From a phage, in the sequence record PZ452594.1: a DNA stretch of 64,000 nucleotides; one strand, written 5' to 3'. Shown in pieces: positions 27,067 to 37,483 of the stretch; positions within the stretch are counted from its first letter, which is position 1; every line of letters starts with the position of its first letter. The notes under the pieces were generated by a model. That model did no database searches. It was not told the DNA's origin and saw nothing but the letters and a program-made list of their open reading frames with translations. Made by a program: the position numbers and the translations under genes.

Positions 27067-28240
27067 TAAATTCTTCCATATCACTTAGCTGATCTAGGTC
27101 AGTTTCTAAATCAGCTGCTGATTTACTTTTACTTTCTGAGGATTTAAATTTTTCAACTTTTGAGTTAATTAATTCATCAACTTCCGCTTCAACAATTTCA
27201 TTACTATCAATAGCACCTAACTGATAAGCACGCTTAATAGCATCACGGAATGGTTGATGCTTAAATAAAGGACCCCAGAATGTAGTGCAGTTGGTATCTT
27301 TTGCACGCCAAGATTTTTCTTCGCGAATCATCTCGCCGGTTTCTTCATCAAGAAATTCACGAGCATACCAACCATTCTTAGGTTTTACTACAAATCCTAA
27401 TTCTAGAGCCATATCTAACAATCCAGAATAAGGATCGATACCGCCGTCAAATTTAACATCAATAAAGAATTTACTTTTTTCTTTAACTGTACGAGATTTT
27501 TCTACATTTAGAACAAATTGATACCCCTGAAGATCAGAACCATCTTTAATCTGACGCTTACCGATAATGAATACAGTATCAGCCGAATACATTACACCTG
27601 TACCGCCTGTCATTACGGTTTTGCTAAACATTTCAATTGTTTCAATTGTATGGTTAACCGCAACACATGGAATATTTTTAATGCTAAAATAAGGAGTAAC
27701 AATACGGAATAATGACTTCAGTGATTTAGCACGAGTCATATCTGCCACAGATTTTTCATTCAAGGCATCTTCCGTTTCTTTCTTAGAAGCCATATTACCG
27801 ATTGAGTCGATGAATACAATAACTTTTTCACCGCGCTCAATAGCTTCAAGCTGATTCACCATATCAATTTTCAGCTGTTCAACTGACTGAATTGGCGTAT
27901 GAATTACTCGTTCCGGGTCAACTCCCATGGATCGCAAATAAGCTGGAGTAATACCAAATTCGCTATCATAGAATAGACAAACCGCGTCAGGATATTTGTT
28001 CAAATACGCCGCAACCATAGTCAAAGACATATTTGATTTAAAGTGTTTAGAAGGCCCTGCGAAAATAGTTAAACCAGACTGCATACCGCCATCAATCGCA
28101 CCAGAAATAGCGATATTAAGCATTGGGATTTTTGTACGGATTACATCCTTTTCATTAAAGAATTTAGATGTAGTCAGTTCAGCAGTCATTTTAGAAGTGG
28201 AAGCTTTAATCAAACGGGATTTTAAATCTGCAATAGACAT
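27059..28240 (-). CDS. uvsX: UvsX recombinase (393 aa)
   Basis: RecA-family P-loop GPSKHFKS; MSIADLKSRLIKASTSKMTAELTTSKFFNEK... recognised as UvsX; acidic C-terminus. Confidence 0.93.
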   Translation of the reverse strand: MSIADLKSRLIKASTSKMTAELTTSKFFNEKDVIRTKIPMLNIAISGAIDGGMQSGLTIFAGPSKHFKSNMSLTMVAAYLNKYPDAVCLFYDSEFGITPAYLRSMGVDPERVIHTPIQSVEQLKIDMVNQLEAIERGEKVIVFIDSIGNMASKKETEDALNEKSVADMTRAKSLKSLFRIVTPYFSIKNIPCVAVNHTIETIEMFSKTVMTGGTGVMYSADTVFIIGKRQIKDGSDLQGYQFVLNVEKSRTVKEKSKFFIDVKFDGGIDPYSGLLDMALELGFVVKPKNGWYAREFLDEETGEMIREEKSWRAKDTNCTTFWGPLFKHQPFRDAIKRAYQLGAIDSNEIVEAEVDELINSKVEKFKSSESKSKSAADLETDLDQLSDMEEFNE

Positions 28241-28317
28241 TCATTTTTTCCATAGGCATCATTATATTTTCCTCACTGGTTAAAGATAGAGTAATTATAA
28301 CACAATAAATTTAGGCA

Positions 28318-29160
28318 TTAATCAACTGCTATTGGATGAATAGCATTAAACTTATGAAATGCTTCTGATTTTTCTTTACGCGAAACACACATGCGAAGAA
28401 CCTTTAATGGCTCATCTTCTTCACCCAACGATTTTCGTTTTTCAATATTAGAAGTTTTCCAACGAGCTTGCTCTGGAAACTCTCTGTTGATTTGCTCAAG
28501 CGCTCTATTATGTTTAGAATTACTACGAATTGAACTGCACCCGCCAGGAGCTTGTGCTTTTCCAGATACAACCAGATATTTGAACAAGGCCAAATGCGGA
28601 TAACCTTGATTAATTAAATTGAGAAATGCATACATATCTTCGCACAAATCAATTTTTCCATACCCAATTTGTTCTGTCGTAAGTTTTCCAAGGTCATACC
28701 ATGTATTCGTGAATCCATATGAATTTTCACGATAATTACCCCAAGATGAAGTAATTTTAAAAATTGGTAGACGAGCATGGCCATGATAATACCCACAATC
28801 CATGGCATCCTCAACATATTGAATCAATTCATAGAACTGTTCACGGGTTAATTGATTGACTTTATCTACACAGCGACGATCATCTCTTTTTCGCATTGAG
28901 CTCATACGAATCGTAGTATCATCGTCAATCATCCAGATTCGTTGACCTGCATACATATCAGTAATTGCTTTACGAGTACCGGCAATTCCATTTACGTCAT
29001 CAGGAATAGTTATAATTTTAGCTCTAGACCCATAGGCATCATAATAAGCTTTTTCTTCATGTTCACGCACTACAATATGGGGTTCATAATCAGTCGGAAA
29101 CATATCAAGGGCAGAAACTGCCCCGACACGCTGATAACTTGGAATTACGAATTGAATCAT
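28318..29160 (-). CDS. GT-A fold (DxD) glycosyltransferase in the beta-gt slot (~280 aa)
   Basis: N-terminal VIPSYQR and DxD motif WMIDDDTT; lies between uvsX and 42; not T4 beta-gt (351 aa); start moved to ATG, ATGA overlap with gene 42 stop. Confidence 0.6.
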   Translation of the reverse strand: MIQFVIPSYQRVGAVSALDMFPTDYEPHIVVREHEEKAYYDAYGSRAKIITIPDDVNGIAGTRKAITDMYAGQRIWMIDDDTTIRMSSMRKRDDRRCVDKVNQLTREQFYELIQYVEDAMDCGYYHGHARLPIFKITSSWGNYRENSYGFTNTWYDLGKLTTEQIGYGKIDLCEDMYAFLNLINQGYPHLALFKYLVVSGKAQAPGGCSSIRSNSKHNRALEQINREFPEQARWKTSNIEKRKSLGEEDEPLKVLRMCVSRKEKSEAFHKFNAIHPIAVD

Positions 29161-29897
29161 TTCCACTCACCTTTATAGTCTTTTTTCACAATATGAGTTT
29201 CGCCAGTATTCCACCAATGATCAACCAAGTAAAAATGACGAGAATATACATGAAGACTTCCAACATTCCATATAATAGAACCTGCTTTATACTGACGAGT
29301 TGAATCGCCGGCATTCAAATCAGATACTAATTTATCTAATACGTATTTTTGCCATGCATAATCATTACGGAATCCGAAGACCACGTCATTTGAGCGCATG
29401 TTAACAACCGCATTGACTTTCTTATCACGAATCAGGTACTGTACTGTATTAGTACACATGAAATCTGACATACCATCTTTATTGTAGTCAAATTGCATGG
29501 ATGGACGAGTATAAATCATGATACCACGTCGAGAATCAGGATTTTGACCAAGTTCAGCTAAACACATATCATATTGAGCATAGTTATCTTCTGACCAGAT
29601 AGCCCAACCATAATTCGAGTTAATTTCACCTTTAGAAGATGCTACTTGTTGCCAAATCTTCGGTGTTTCACCCGGAATATCTTTAACGAACAAGCTCTTA
29701 GATTTATACCATTCAAGTTCACGCTGAATGTATTCATCATTAAGAGCGCCAAAAATAAACGGTTCATCTGCTATAAATGATGCGCCAATAATTTCAATAG
29801 TTTTAACGCCAGTTTTATCAACTACGAAATCTTTTTCCTTTAATGCAAGACCCAAATGAAGACGGATTTCTTCAACTGTCATAGAGTCACTAATCAT
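29157..29897 (-). CDS. 42: dCMP hydroxymethylase gp42 (246 aa)
   Basis: MISDSMTVEEIRLHLGLALKEKDFVVDKTG... recognised as T4 gp42; 246 aa. Confidence 0.93.
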   Translation of the reverse strand: MISDSMTVEEIRLHLGLALKEKDFVVDKTGVKTIEIIGASFIADEPFIFGALNDEYIQRELEWYKSKSLFVKDIPGETPKIWQQVASSKGEINSNYGWAIWSEDNYAQYDMCLAELGQNPDSRRGIMIYTRPSMQFDYNKDGMSDFMCTNTVQYLIRDKKVNAVVNMRSNDVVFGFRNDYAWQKYVLDKLVSDLNAGDSTRQYKAGSIIWNVGSLHVYSRHFYLVDHWWNTGETHIVKKDYKGEWK

Positions 29898-30050
29898 TTA
29901 AACCTCAATTGATACATTCATATTTAACTTGTAACAGTAATAAACCCCAACCTATAATAAGTGGCGGAATCATAAGAGGAACTGTTACGCTATAGTATAT
30001 ACTTATTATAACCATCAAGATTAAAAGCAACACTGCTATAATTTTGCTTT

Positions 30051-30302
30051 TCATTCTTTCTCTCTGATGATAATTACCTGATTTGGATGTGCAGACTTTT
30101 TGGTTTCACCCGCAATTGACCAAATGAATGTAATAAACCAACCAATAATTGACCAATTAAACAGTAAAGACGTGAAAAAGATTCCTACTGTCGATTTTGA
30201 CCCACGCATCAAGGCGATGAACCATGGAAGCATGTATATAATAATAGCCAACACACCTGAAACTAAAACCATAAAAATTGAACCTGCTACTAAAGTTTCC
30301 AT
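30051..30302 (-). CDS. imm: Imm superinfection immunity membrane protein (83 aa)
   Basis: Two hydrophobic helices (METLVAGSIFMVLVSGVLAIIIYMLPWFIALM...); 83 aa; position between 43 and 42. Confidence 0.85.
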   Translation of the reverse strand: METLVAGSIFMVLVSGVLAIIIYMLPWFIALMRGSKSTVGIFFTSLLFNWSIIGWFITFIWSIAGETKKSAHPNQVIIIREKE

Positions 30303-30309
30303 GTTTTCC

Positions 30310-30690
30310 TCACTTAGTCAAATTTTTTACGCATGAATTATAAGAATTCACTACATACTCCATCGGAGCATTTTTACCGGTACGCCATTGGTAATTATTA
30401 GCCCAATTTGCCCAAAGCTCGGCGCAGTAGTTTTCAATTTTTTCTTCGCGTGTAATTACATCCGAATTACGATATGCTTGAGCAGATTCATCTGGACGAA
30501 TAGCTTCGTCAAAATTCGCCTGCATTTGTTCTACTGTTTGCTTTGGAGCTTCTTTATAACACTTGACATTAGGATTATAAAATTTGCTTGAACAGTTTAC
30601 AATTTTTCCTACATCAGACTGATTTACTACCGGTTCTTGAGCTACACAACCAGTAAGACCTAATGCAATAACCAAAATAGCGATTTTCAT
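30310..30690 (-). CDS. predicted lipoprotein (126 aa), imm.1-like position
   Basis: Signal peptide with lipobox LTGC (MKIAILVIALGLTGCVAQ). Confidence 0.55.
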   Translation of the reverse strand: MKIAILVIALGLTGCVAQEPVVNQSDVGKIVNCSSKFYNPNVKCYKEAPKQTVEQMQANFDEAIRPDESAQAYRNSDVITREEKIENYCAELWANWANNYQWRTGKNAPMEYVVNSYNSCVKNLTK

Positions 30691-30702
30691 AATAATTTCC
30701 TC

Positions 30703-30954
30703 TTAAAACTTAACAAATAACTTTAAAGCATCTTCAATTTTAATTCCTTTTCTTACACCCATAACAGAAATTGGCTGTGACTGAAATTTTCCTTTACCAT
30801 TATAAATTTCTAATCCAGTCACCATTCCATTTTGTTCTATAATACCGTAAGTGTTACCTTCATTTTCAAATTCTTTAACTTTAAAGAGTTTATTAGCTTT
30901 TTCTGCGTTAACAACTTTTAAATTTTGAATAAAATTAGTTTGAATATTTTTCAT
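30703..30954 (-). CDS. hypothetical protein (83 aa)
   Basis: ORF track; SD GGAGGAACA upstream; downstream of early promoter cassette. Confidence 0.5.
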   Translation of the reverse strand: MKNIQTNFIQNLKVVNAEKANKLFKVKEFENEGNTYGIIEQNGMVTGLEIYNGKGKFQSQPISVMGVRKGIKIEDALKLFVKF

Positions 30955-30982
30955 TTTGTGTTCCTCCGTAGTTGATAGTTGT

Positions 30983-31012
30983 ATAGTACCACAGAGGAAC
31001 AGTCTTGTAAAC
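30983..31012 (-). promoter_or_regulatory. T4-type early promoter (cassette copy)
   Basis: GTTTAC (rc 31007-31012), 18-nt spacer, TACTAT (rc 30983-30988); 52-bp block identical to 56878-56929. Confidence 0.5.
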
Positions 31013-31087
31013 AGTTTTGTGAAAATTTTTTAGGGAATTCTAAAGGTCCAGAATCATCTGTTTTTCATAAGTATAGATTTATATTAC

Positions 31088-31115
31088 TTGTATGAAAAAG
31101 GGACCCGGAGGTCCC
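31088..31115 (-). terminator. intrinsic terminator after gene 43
   Basis: Hairpin gggacc-cgga-ggtccc (31100-31115) followed by U-run (plus A-run 31095-31099). Confidence 0.55.
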
Positions 31116-31128
31116 TAGATTTATTCTA

Positions 31129-33825
31129 TCAGCCAAACAGGAAGTCTAACGAAGCTTTTTCTTCATAGTCCATACCAGCCGATTCACACATGCCTGCAAG
31201 CGGTTTAACAAACGATTTTTGGAACAAAGTTGAGTAGTCAATCCAAGATAGTACATCAGAACGAATTTCTTTTGGAAGTTCTGTACCCGACGGCCAAGCA
31301 ATGCACTTGTCGCCAAATGGATTTCCTTCACGTAATGGAAGAACCATTACCTTATTTCCATCCAAAATTGGAGCTACACCCAAACCACTAACAGCTCGAC
31401 GATAAGTTAGCACACCACGAATATGGAACGGGCATTTAAATCCTGGCCAACCTTTATCATCATATTTCGCTATATCGTTCGCAGTTTTTACTTCAGCAAT
31501 AACTTTATAGTCAAGTTGACGATATTCTTTCTCGAAGTTCTTGTAATATTCTTGGACAGACTCTTCACCTTCCTGAAGAATACGACGAATACTTTCTTCA
31601 AGAGCTTCTTGTACTGCTTTTGGTGTTGAACTTTGCTGAGTTTCCATACCCATGATTTTTAGATGCGGTTCAGCAAATCGCTTATCTTCCATATCATAAA
31701 CGTTCAGAGCATAACGTTTTTTCGCTTTCCAAAATCCACCAACACCCTTTGAACCGAGCGGAGGACAAGAAATAGCTTCACGGTCCATATGCATCAGATG
31801 CTCGCGGTTATTCATATAGTCACATAACTCACGATATGCAACATCAATCATAGGTTCCATCTTTTTCTTACCGAACTGATTCATGAATTCAACTAAATCG
31901 TTCTGCTCTTTGAATCGGTCAAGACCAACTTTTTCAATAACTTTATCTACACAAACATATACCGAATCAGTATCACCTGCTGCGATGAAATCTTCACCAT
32001 TAGTTCCGCATACTTTATTCAGATATTCATTAATTTTACGAGCAATCCACTGAATACCGACTTGGCCGAAAATTGTGATAGCAGTAGCATTTCGCAGATC
32101 ATAATAACGGAAATGAATATTACCAAGAGCACCATAAAGACTATTAATGAGAATTTTACGGTTCAGCTGATTTGTGTTAGCAAGTGTAGCTGCTTTTTCA
32201 CATTCTTCAATCAAACTATTGAGAACAGATTCAGTATAATTCGATAGTTCATTTAAGAAATCATCACTGAACTTAACATATCGTTCAACTTCAGGTTTAG
32301 TTGAACAAGACCCTGCGCCTTTCATAATAATCTTTTTAATAGCTTCGGCATTCATTTCTTCAGCGAACATTTTCTTTTTCCAATCTTTACGCTGGAAAAA
32401 TACTTTAGCGATTTCCTTTGGAATGATACCTTCTTGATGCTTATCATACATCCATCCATTCGGAGAACAAGAATATTCATCACTCGGTTTAGGAGCTGTT
32501 CCTGCGATATATTCATGAATTGGATGAACTTTAAACTGACCACGAATAGTTTCAGGACTAATGTTAACCTGACGAATAATGCTCGGATACAGAGACGTCA
32601 AGTCAAAACTCATAATATATCGACGAGCAATTGGTTTAGGTTCAAATACAAATGCACCCGGAAAACTCTGTTTAACGTGCGAACCTTGTTGAGGAATAAC
32701 CTTATGTTCACCTTTCAATGAGTTAAAAATAATAGCATCCCAAGTTTTAATAGGACTCATTACACCGGAAAAAGGCATTTTAGCGTAATAAGACATACTT
32801 AAAACTAGATCGATAAACCCGCGAATTTTATCAATTGCTTGAACTGATTCTACGTCAATGATGTTATAACTAATGTATCGTTGATGATTAGTCTCACGAA
32901 GTTTATTAATAGGACCGTCGTATGGTAATTTACCTTTTTTGGTTTCATGTTGAGCAACTGATTCCAAAGAGAATGACGGCAAATTAGTAAAAGCGAATTT
33001 CTTGTACAAATCTAAATAATCAAGAATAGATACGCCATCAATAGAATAAATTTCTTTGCTGCCGTACATATTTTGAATTAGTTTAGATTTTACTCGACCG
33101 ATTGGAGAGAAACGTTTCATACTGCGTTCGCCCAGAATCATTTTAACACGATTCATGATATACGGAACGTCAAACCCCTCAATATTCCAACCAGTAAAAA
33201 TAGCAGGTCGTTTCTGTTCCCAGAGATTAATATATTCCATGAGCATATCACGCTCATTATCAAATGGCATATAAATTACTCGGTCAAGAATTTCTTGAGG
33301 AACTTCATCACCACCTTCACAGTCAAGCTTAGCAGCTAACTTTGCATCCCATTTTGATACTGAACCGTACATTGAATTCAAAAGGTCGAAAACATAAAAA
33401 CGATCGTCAATTGAATCGTAATGAGTGATAGCATCAATTTCATATTCAGCTTTCATTGGGTCAGGAAATTTATCACCAGTAACCTCAATGTCGCAGTTAG
33501 CTACACGAACAAATTTTCGGTCATAAACAATTTCTGAACCATATGTATCACTGATATAAGCGAGTTTAAAATCGTTCATACCGAGAGCTTCGAGACCAAT
33601 GTCTTCCATTCGCTTCATCCAATCTCGAGCATCTTTCATTGATGGAAATTTTTGAGGAGCGCAGTTTTTACCATAGATGTCTTTGTATTTTGACTCTTCC
33701 TTACAATGCCTAAACATAGTTGGAAGATATTCTACTTCACGAGTACGTTCCTTTCCGTTTTCATCAATATAACGTTCAACAATGTTATTTCCGACTGTTT
33801 CAATAGAGATATAAAATTCTTTCAT
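31129..33825 (-). CDS. 43: DNA polymerase gp43 (898 aa)
   Basis: Family B polymerase motifs (exo DIE, pol DTDS); MKEFYISIETVGNNIVERYIDENGKERTREVEY... recognised as T4 gp43. Confidence 0.95.
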   Translation of the reverse strand: MKEFYISIETVGNNIVERYIDENGKERTREVEYLPTMFRHCKEESKYKDIYGKNCAPQKFPSMKDARDWMKRMEDIGLEALGMNDFKLAYISDTYGSEIVYDRKFVRVANCDIEVTGDKFPDPMKAEYEIDAITHYDSIDDRFYVFDLLNSMYGSVSKWDAKLAAKLDCEGGDEVPQEILDRVIYMPFDNERDMLMEYINLWEQKRPAIFTGWNIEGFDVPYIMNRVKMILGERSMKRFSPIGRVKSKLIQNMYGSKEIYSIDGVSILDYLDLYKKFAFTNLPSFSLESVAQHETKKGKLPYDGPINKLRETNHQRYISYNIIDVESVQAIDKIRGFIDLVLSMSYYAKMPFSGVMSPIKTWDAIIFNSLKGEHKVIPQQGSHVKQSFPGAFVFEPKPIARRYIMSFDLTSLYPSIIRQVNISPETIRGQFKVHPIHEYIAGTAPKPSDEYSCSPNGWMYDKHQEGIIPKEIAKVFFQRKDWKKKMFAEEMNAEAIKKIIMKGAGSCSTKPEVERYVKFSDDFLNELSNYTESVLNSLIEECEKAATLANTNQLNRKILINSLYGALGNIHFRYYDLRNATAITIFGQVGIQWIARKINEYLNKVCGTNGEDFIAAGDTDSVYVCVDKVIEKVGLDRFKEQNDLVEFMNQFGKKKMEPMIDVAYRELCDYMNNREHLMHMDREAISCPPLGSKGVGGFWKAKKRYALNVYDMEDKRFAEPHLKIMGMETQQSSTPKAVQEALEESIRRILQEGEESVQEYYKNFEKEYRQLDYKVIAEVKTANDIAKYDDKGWPGFKCPFHIRGVLTYRRAVSGLGVAPILDGNKVMVLPLREGNPFGDKCIAWPSGTELPKEIRSDVLSWIDYSTLFQKSFVKPLAGMCESAGMDYEEKASLDFLFG

Positions 33826-33905
33826 AGATATTCCTTAGTTTATAGCCCGAGTTATTAGGCTCTTGATATATTATACTCCAAATAAGGGGCCGAAGCCCCT
33901 TTGCT

Positions 33906-34142
33906 TTAAATTTCTATTGTACGACGCGATATAACGGACTTGCCATCTTTATTTGCGGTTTTGATAATCGCATGAAATGCGCGTTGGTGTGGGTAAACTA
34001 ATCGTTGGAATTCTTTTTGGAATTCTATTTGTTTATCTTCCGGGAGGTCAAAAACCAGTTGGGTAGAAGACAGACCATATGTTTGTTTTAGATTTTCAAA
34101 TATTAGAAAAGCTTCGGTAAACTGAATCTCTGATTGTGTCAT
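33906..34142 (-). CDS. hypothetical protein (~78 aa) between regA and 43
   Basis: Track ORF 33906-34193; start moved to internal ATG (MTQSEIQF...) to avoid overlap with regA. Confidence 0.4.
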   Translation of the reverse strand: MTQSEIQFTEAFLIFENLKQTYGLSSTQLVFDLPEDKQIEFQKEFQRLVYPHQRAFHAIIKTANKDGKSVISRRTIEI

Positions 34143-34152
34143 ATAATTTGCC

Positions 34153-34521
34153 TTAATTACCAATCGTATATTTAGGAACGAGTTTCCATTCATGTTTTTG
34201 TTTAAAAGAAATAACTCGGAAGTTATTAGTTAAATCTTTCATAAAAGTTCTTTGACCAGGAACGATTTCAATCAGTCCCCAATCTTCTAACAACCATGCA
34301 ATCGAATCACGACGAACTTCATCTTCTTCTGTCATTTCAACTTGACGACCATCCATACGAAGCATTTCTTTAAAATGAACGATATAGTATAGTCCTTTTT
34401 TCTGAAGAATATGACAGGACTGATACAGAACTTTATCTTTATTATTAGCAATTCCCATACGAGTCAAAGTTTCTTTTACTTTCAGAAAATCTTCAGGTTT
34501 TTTAAGAGTAATTTCAATCAT
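34153..34521 (-). CDS. regA: RegA translational repressor (122 aa)
   Basis: MIEITLKKPEDFLKVKETLTRMGIANNKDKVLYQSCHILQKKGLYYIVHFKEM... recognised as T4 RegA. Confidence 0.9.
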   Translation of the reverse strand: MIEITLKKPEDFLKVKETLTRMGIANNKDKVLYQSCHILQKKGLYYIVHFKEMLRMDGRQVEMTEEDEVRRDSIAWLLEDWGLIEIVPGQRTFMKDLTNNFRVISFKQKHEWKLVPKYTIGN

Positions 34522-34522
34522 T

Positions 34523-35086
34523 TTACCATTCCAATGCTAGTTTTTTGAGTTGTTTCTGTTCTTTTACGTTCTTAGTCACTTCTTTCAAAAAATCATCCGT
34601 GACTAAACCTTTTAGTTCTTTTAATACTAAAGGAAGTTTTCCATTTTTAGTAAGAATTGATTTATAGTTAATTGCATCATTTGTATTAACTTGATACCGC
34701 TTAGCAAGTAACTTAATAATCAATACTTCGGTGGAATCTTCAACCAGTTTTGCCCATTTACCATATCTTTTACCACGAGGAACAGCAGCCATCAGATAAT
34801 TAAAATGGGCTTCATCGCTTAATCCTGATCCAATTAAATTCATAGCATATACAGCTGGCATGCACTCTGGAAATTGTGATAATGCATTCTCAACCATGAA
34901 TTTTGAATAATCTTTTTGAACAATAGAGCATTTAGTTTTATTATTAATAGCTCCAATTATTTCAAAAAACTCATTTTCAGCTTTTTCTTTAAAAGAATCA
35001 GCAGCGGATTGGACAGCTGTCCAATCTTTTGAATACCAAGCAACTTGATGCTCGTTTAATTGAATATCATCTTGAAATAAGCTCAT
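34523..35086 (-). CDS. 62: clamp-loader subunit gp62 (187 aa)
   Basis: Sequence recognised as T4 gp62; directly downstream of 44. Confidence 0.9.
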   Translation of the reverse strand: MSLFQDDIQLNEHQVAWYSKDWTAVQSAADSFKEKAENEFFEIIGAINNKTKCSIVQKDYSKFMVENALSQFPECMPAVYAMNLIGSGLSDEAHFNYLMAAVPRGKRYGKWAKLVEDSTEVLIIKLLAKRYQVNTNDAINYKSILTKNGKLPLVLKELKGLVTDDFLKEVTKNVKEQKQLKKLALEW

Positions 35087-35087
35087 A

Positions 35088-36047
35088 TCACTTCCACTGC
35101 ATTTCGCACGCTAATTGAATGAAAAGATAAGCTAGATGCAATTCAGTATTAGCTGCAATACCATGATACTGATTATTTTCGCCGACAATTTCGTACATAC
35201 GAATAATACTCTGTGGAGTTACACGTGAATAAATTTCTTCGGCAAGTTTACCAACAAACCAAGAATAATCTGCTGCATATTTTGGTGCTAAAGCTCTGAG
35301 TTGTTTAACATCTTTATTTTTGAGAGACTCAAGAACATCATCAATAGCACCACGATCGTTAGTAACCAGTGATAAAATACCAGCATCCAAAACACCTTTA
35401 GATGAATAACTATCGAGCTCGCCAATAGTTTTACGAAAATCAGGAAAATTCTTTTTAACCAAAGCTGCTACAACTTTCATATCAGCTATAGCAATTCCTT
35501 CATGCTTGCAGATTTCAGTCAATCGACGAATCATCTGCTTCATCATTTCAATTTTATCTTCATCGGTCGGTTGACCGAATGTAATAACTCGGCAGCGTGA
35601 CTGAAGCGGTTTAATAATACCATCAATATTGTTAGCAGTAATAATAATACTACAGTTTGAACTATAAGCTTCCATAAAGGAACGAAGATGTCGCTGAGAC
35701 TCTGCTAGCCCTGAACGGTCAAATTCATCAATAACGATTACTTTTTGACGACCATCAAATGAAGCTGCACTGGCAAAATTAGTCAAAGGACCGCGAACGA
35801 AATCAATTTTACAATCTGATCCATTCACAAACATCATATCAGCATTTACATCATGACACAATGCTTTTGCTACAGTTGTTTTACCTGTTCCTGGAGAAGG
35901 AGAATGAAGAATAATATGTGGAATCTTACCTTTACTTGTAATAGATTTAAAGGTTTCTTTATCAAAGGCGGGAAGAATACATTCATCGATAGTAGATGGA
36001 CGATATTTCTGTTCAAGAATGTGTTCTTTTTCATTTACGGTAATCAT
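35088..36047 (-). CDS. 44: clamp-loader ATPase gp44 (319 aa)
   Basis: AAA+ Walker [11 protein letters not shown]; start at [22 protein letters not shown] with SD GAGGAAATT (track ORF adds 5 codons). Confidence 0.92.
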
Positions 36048-36098
36048 AATTTCCTCATTCAAGTTTTAGTGTAAATTATAAAGGGCCGAAGCCCTCTA

Positions 36099-36785
36099 TT
36101 AAAAATCGTGGGTAGAATCAGCTTCAAGAGCTACTACATAATTCGCGTGTTCACCTTCAAATTTAGCAGCACCTTGTTTACCTTTTGCCCAGAGCAGAAG
36201 TTTATAATTTCCTGGTTGCATTTTCATATTTGCCATATTGATAATGAAATTAAATGTATTTTCACCATCATAATCACCAAGAGTCAAAGAATATTTAACA
36301 CGGGTCAAAGCAGAATCTTCCACTTTATTAAAACCGTTAATTACGATTTTACCTTCTTTTACTGTGATAGCAATTGTATCAATCTGCAGACCGCGAGATA
36401 CACGCAACAGCTGCTGAAGGTCTTCAGCTTTAATTTCAGTAACAACAGATGCTACCGGGAATGGAATTGGTTTATTAGGAGCAACTACTGTACTCGGATC
36501 GGCTGCTGGCCAAAAAATTGTTGAACGAGCATCAGCAATTTTAATATTTCCATCTTCTGACTGGGAAATTTCTGCATCATCATTAACTAGGGACAGAATA
36601 CCGAGAAAACCGTTCAAATCGTAAATCGCTACATCAAAATCAATAGTGTCAGAAATATTTGCTTCTGCATAAGTTGTACCATTAACTGCGCGAGTCATAA
36701 TAAATTGACCGGATTTAAGCATAATACCAGAGTTAATAGTAGCGAAATTTTTAAGCAGAGCAGTAGTATCTTTAGACAGTTTCAT
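36099..36785 (-). CDS. 45: sliding clamp gp45 (228 aa)
   Basis: MKLSKDTTALLKNFATINSGIMLKSGQFIMTRAVNGTTYAEANIS... recognised as T4 gp45. Confidence 0.93.
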   Translation of the reverse strand: MKLSKDTTALLKNFATINSGIMLKSGQFIMTRAVNGTTYAEANISDTIDFDVAIYDLNGFLGILSLVNDDAEISQSEDGNIKIADARSTIFWPAADPSTVVAPNKPIPFPVASVVTEIKAEDLQQLLRVSRGLQIDTIAITVKEGKIVINGFNKVEDSALTRVKYSLTLGDYDGENTFNFIINMANMKMQPGNYKLLLWAKGKQGAAKFEGEHANYVVALEADSTHDF

Positions 36786-36840
36786 GTAATTTCCTTCAAT
36801 TCAAATGAGATTTAATTTTATAACTAATTTAATAAAGCAA

Positions 36841-37230
36841 TTAACGATTAAAATCAGCCGCAATTGTTTCCGCAACAATTTGAGCAGCAACAATTAGACG
36901 TTCATCTGCATTACCGCAATAATCATCTTCAAGGCGTTCACCGCATGAAGTCATAATAAATTTAGCACCGGCGTTTAGAGATTCTGTAGTATGTTTGCGC
37001 ATTAGTTCAATCCATTTATTACTTACTTCACGATCGATAGCTTCATAATACGCATGACGAGCAGGTGCAGATTTAATTTTATTCTGAATAACTTCCATTG
37101 CGTTATCAGAAAGAGACAAAACCCATGCTCGACGAATTTTATTTTGGTTTTGTGGATTTGATTCAGAACGCACGTGTTTTGGCTGAATATCTTTTACGTC
37201 AACAGTATAATTCACAGTAATTTTAGTCAT
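36841..37230 (-). CDS. rpbA: RNA polymerase-binding protein RpbA (129 aa)
   Basis: Position between 46 and 45; 129 aa as for T4 RpbA. Confidence 0.75.
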
Positions 37231-37239
37231 AATACACCT

Positions 37240-37428
37240 TTAGTCATAATAATCAGTAACAGTCCAAGCTTCATTTCTATTGGACATTATTTTTGTATAT
37301 TCTGCTTTAAATGCATTCCTAAGCATAGATTCAGTAACTATATGCTCTTCATTAGAAAAATTATTTCTCAGAATATATCGTTTTATTTCAGGAATAGTTA
37401 ATAGATGCTGTCCAGTTGAATATTCCAT
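37240..37428 (-). CDS. hypothetical protein (62 aa), 45.2-like
   Basis: ORF track. Confidence 0.55.
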   Translation of the reverse strand: MEYSTGQHLLTIPEIKRYILRNNFSNEEHIVTESMLRNAFKAEYTKIMSNRNEAWTVTDYYD

Positions 37429-37483
37429 GTTTTTCCTCCATAGAGATTATACTCTAATAAATTAAAGCATAATCTCTTATAAA

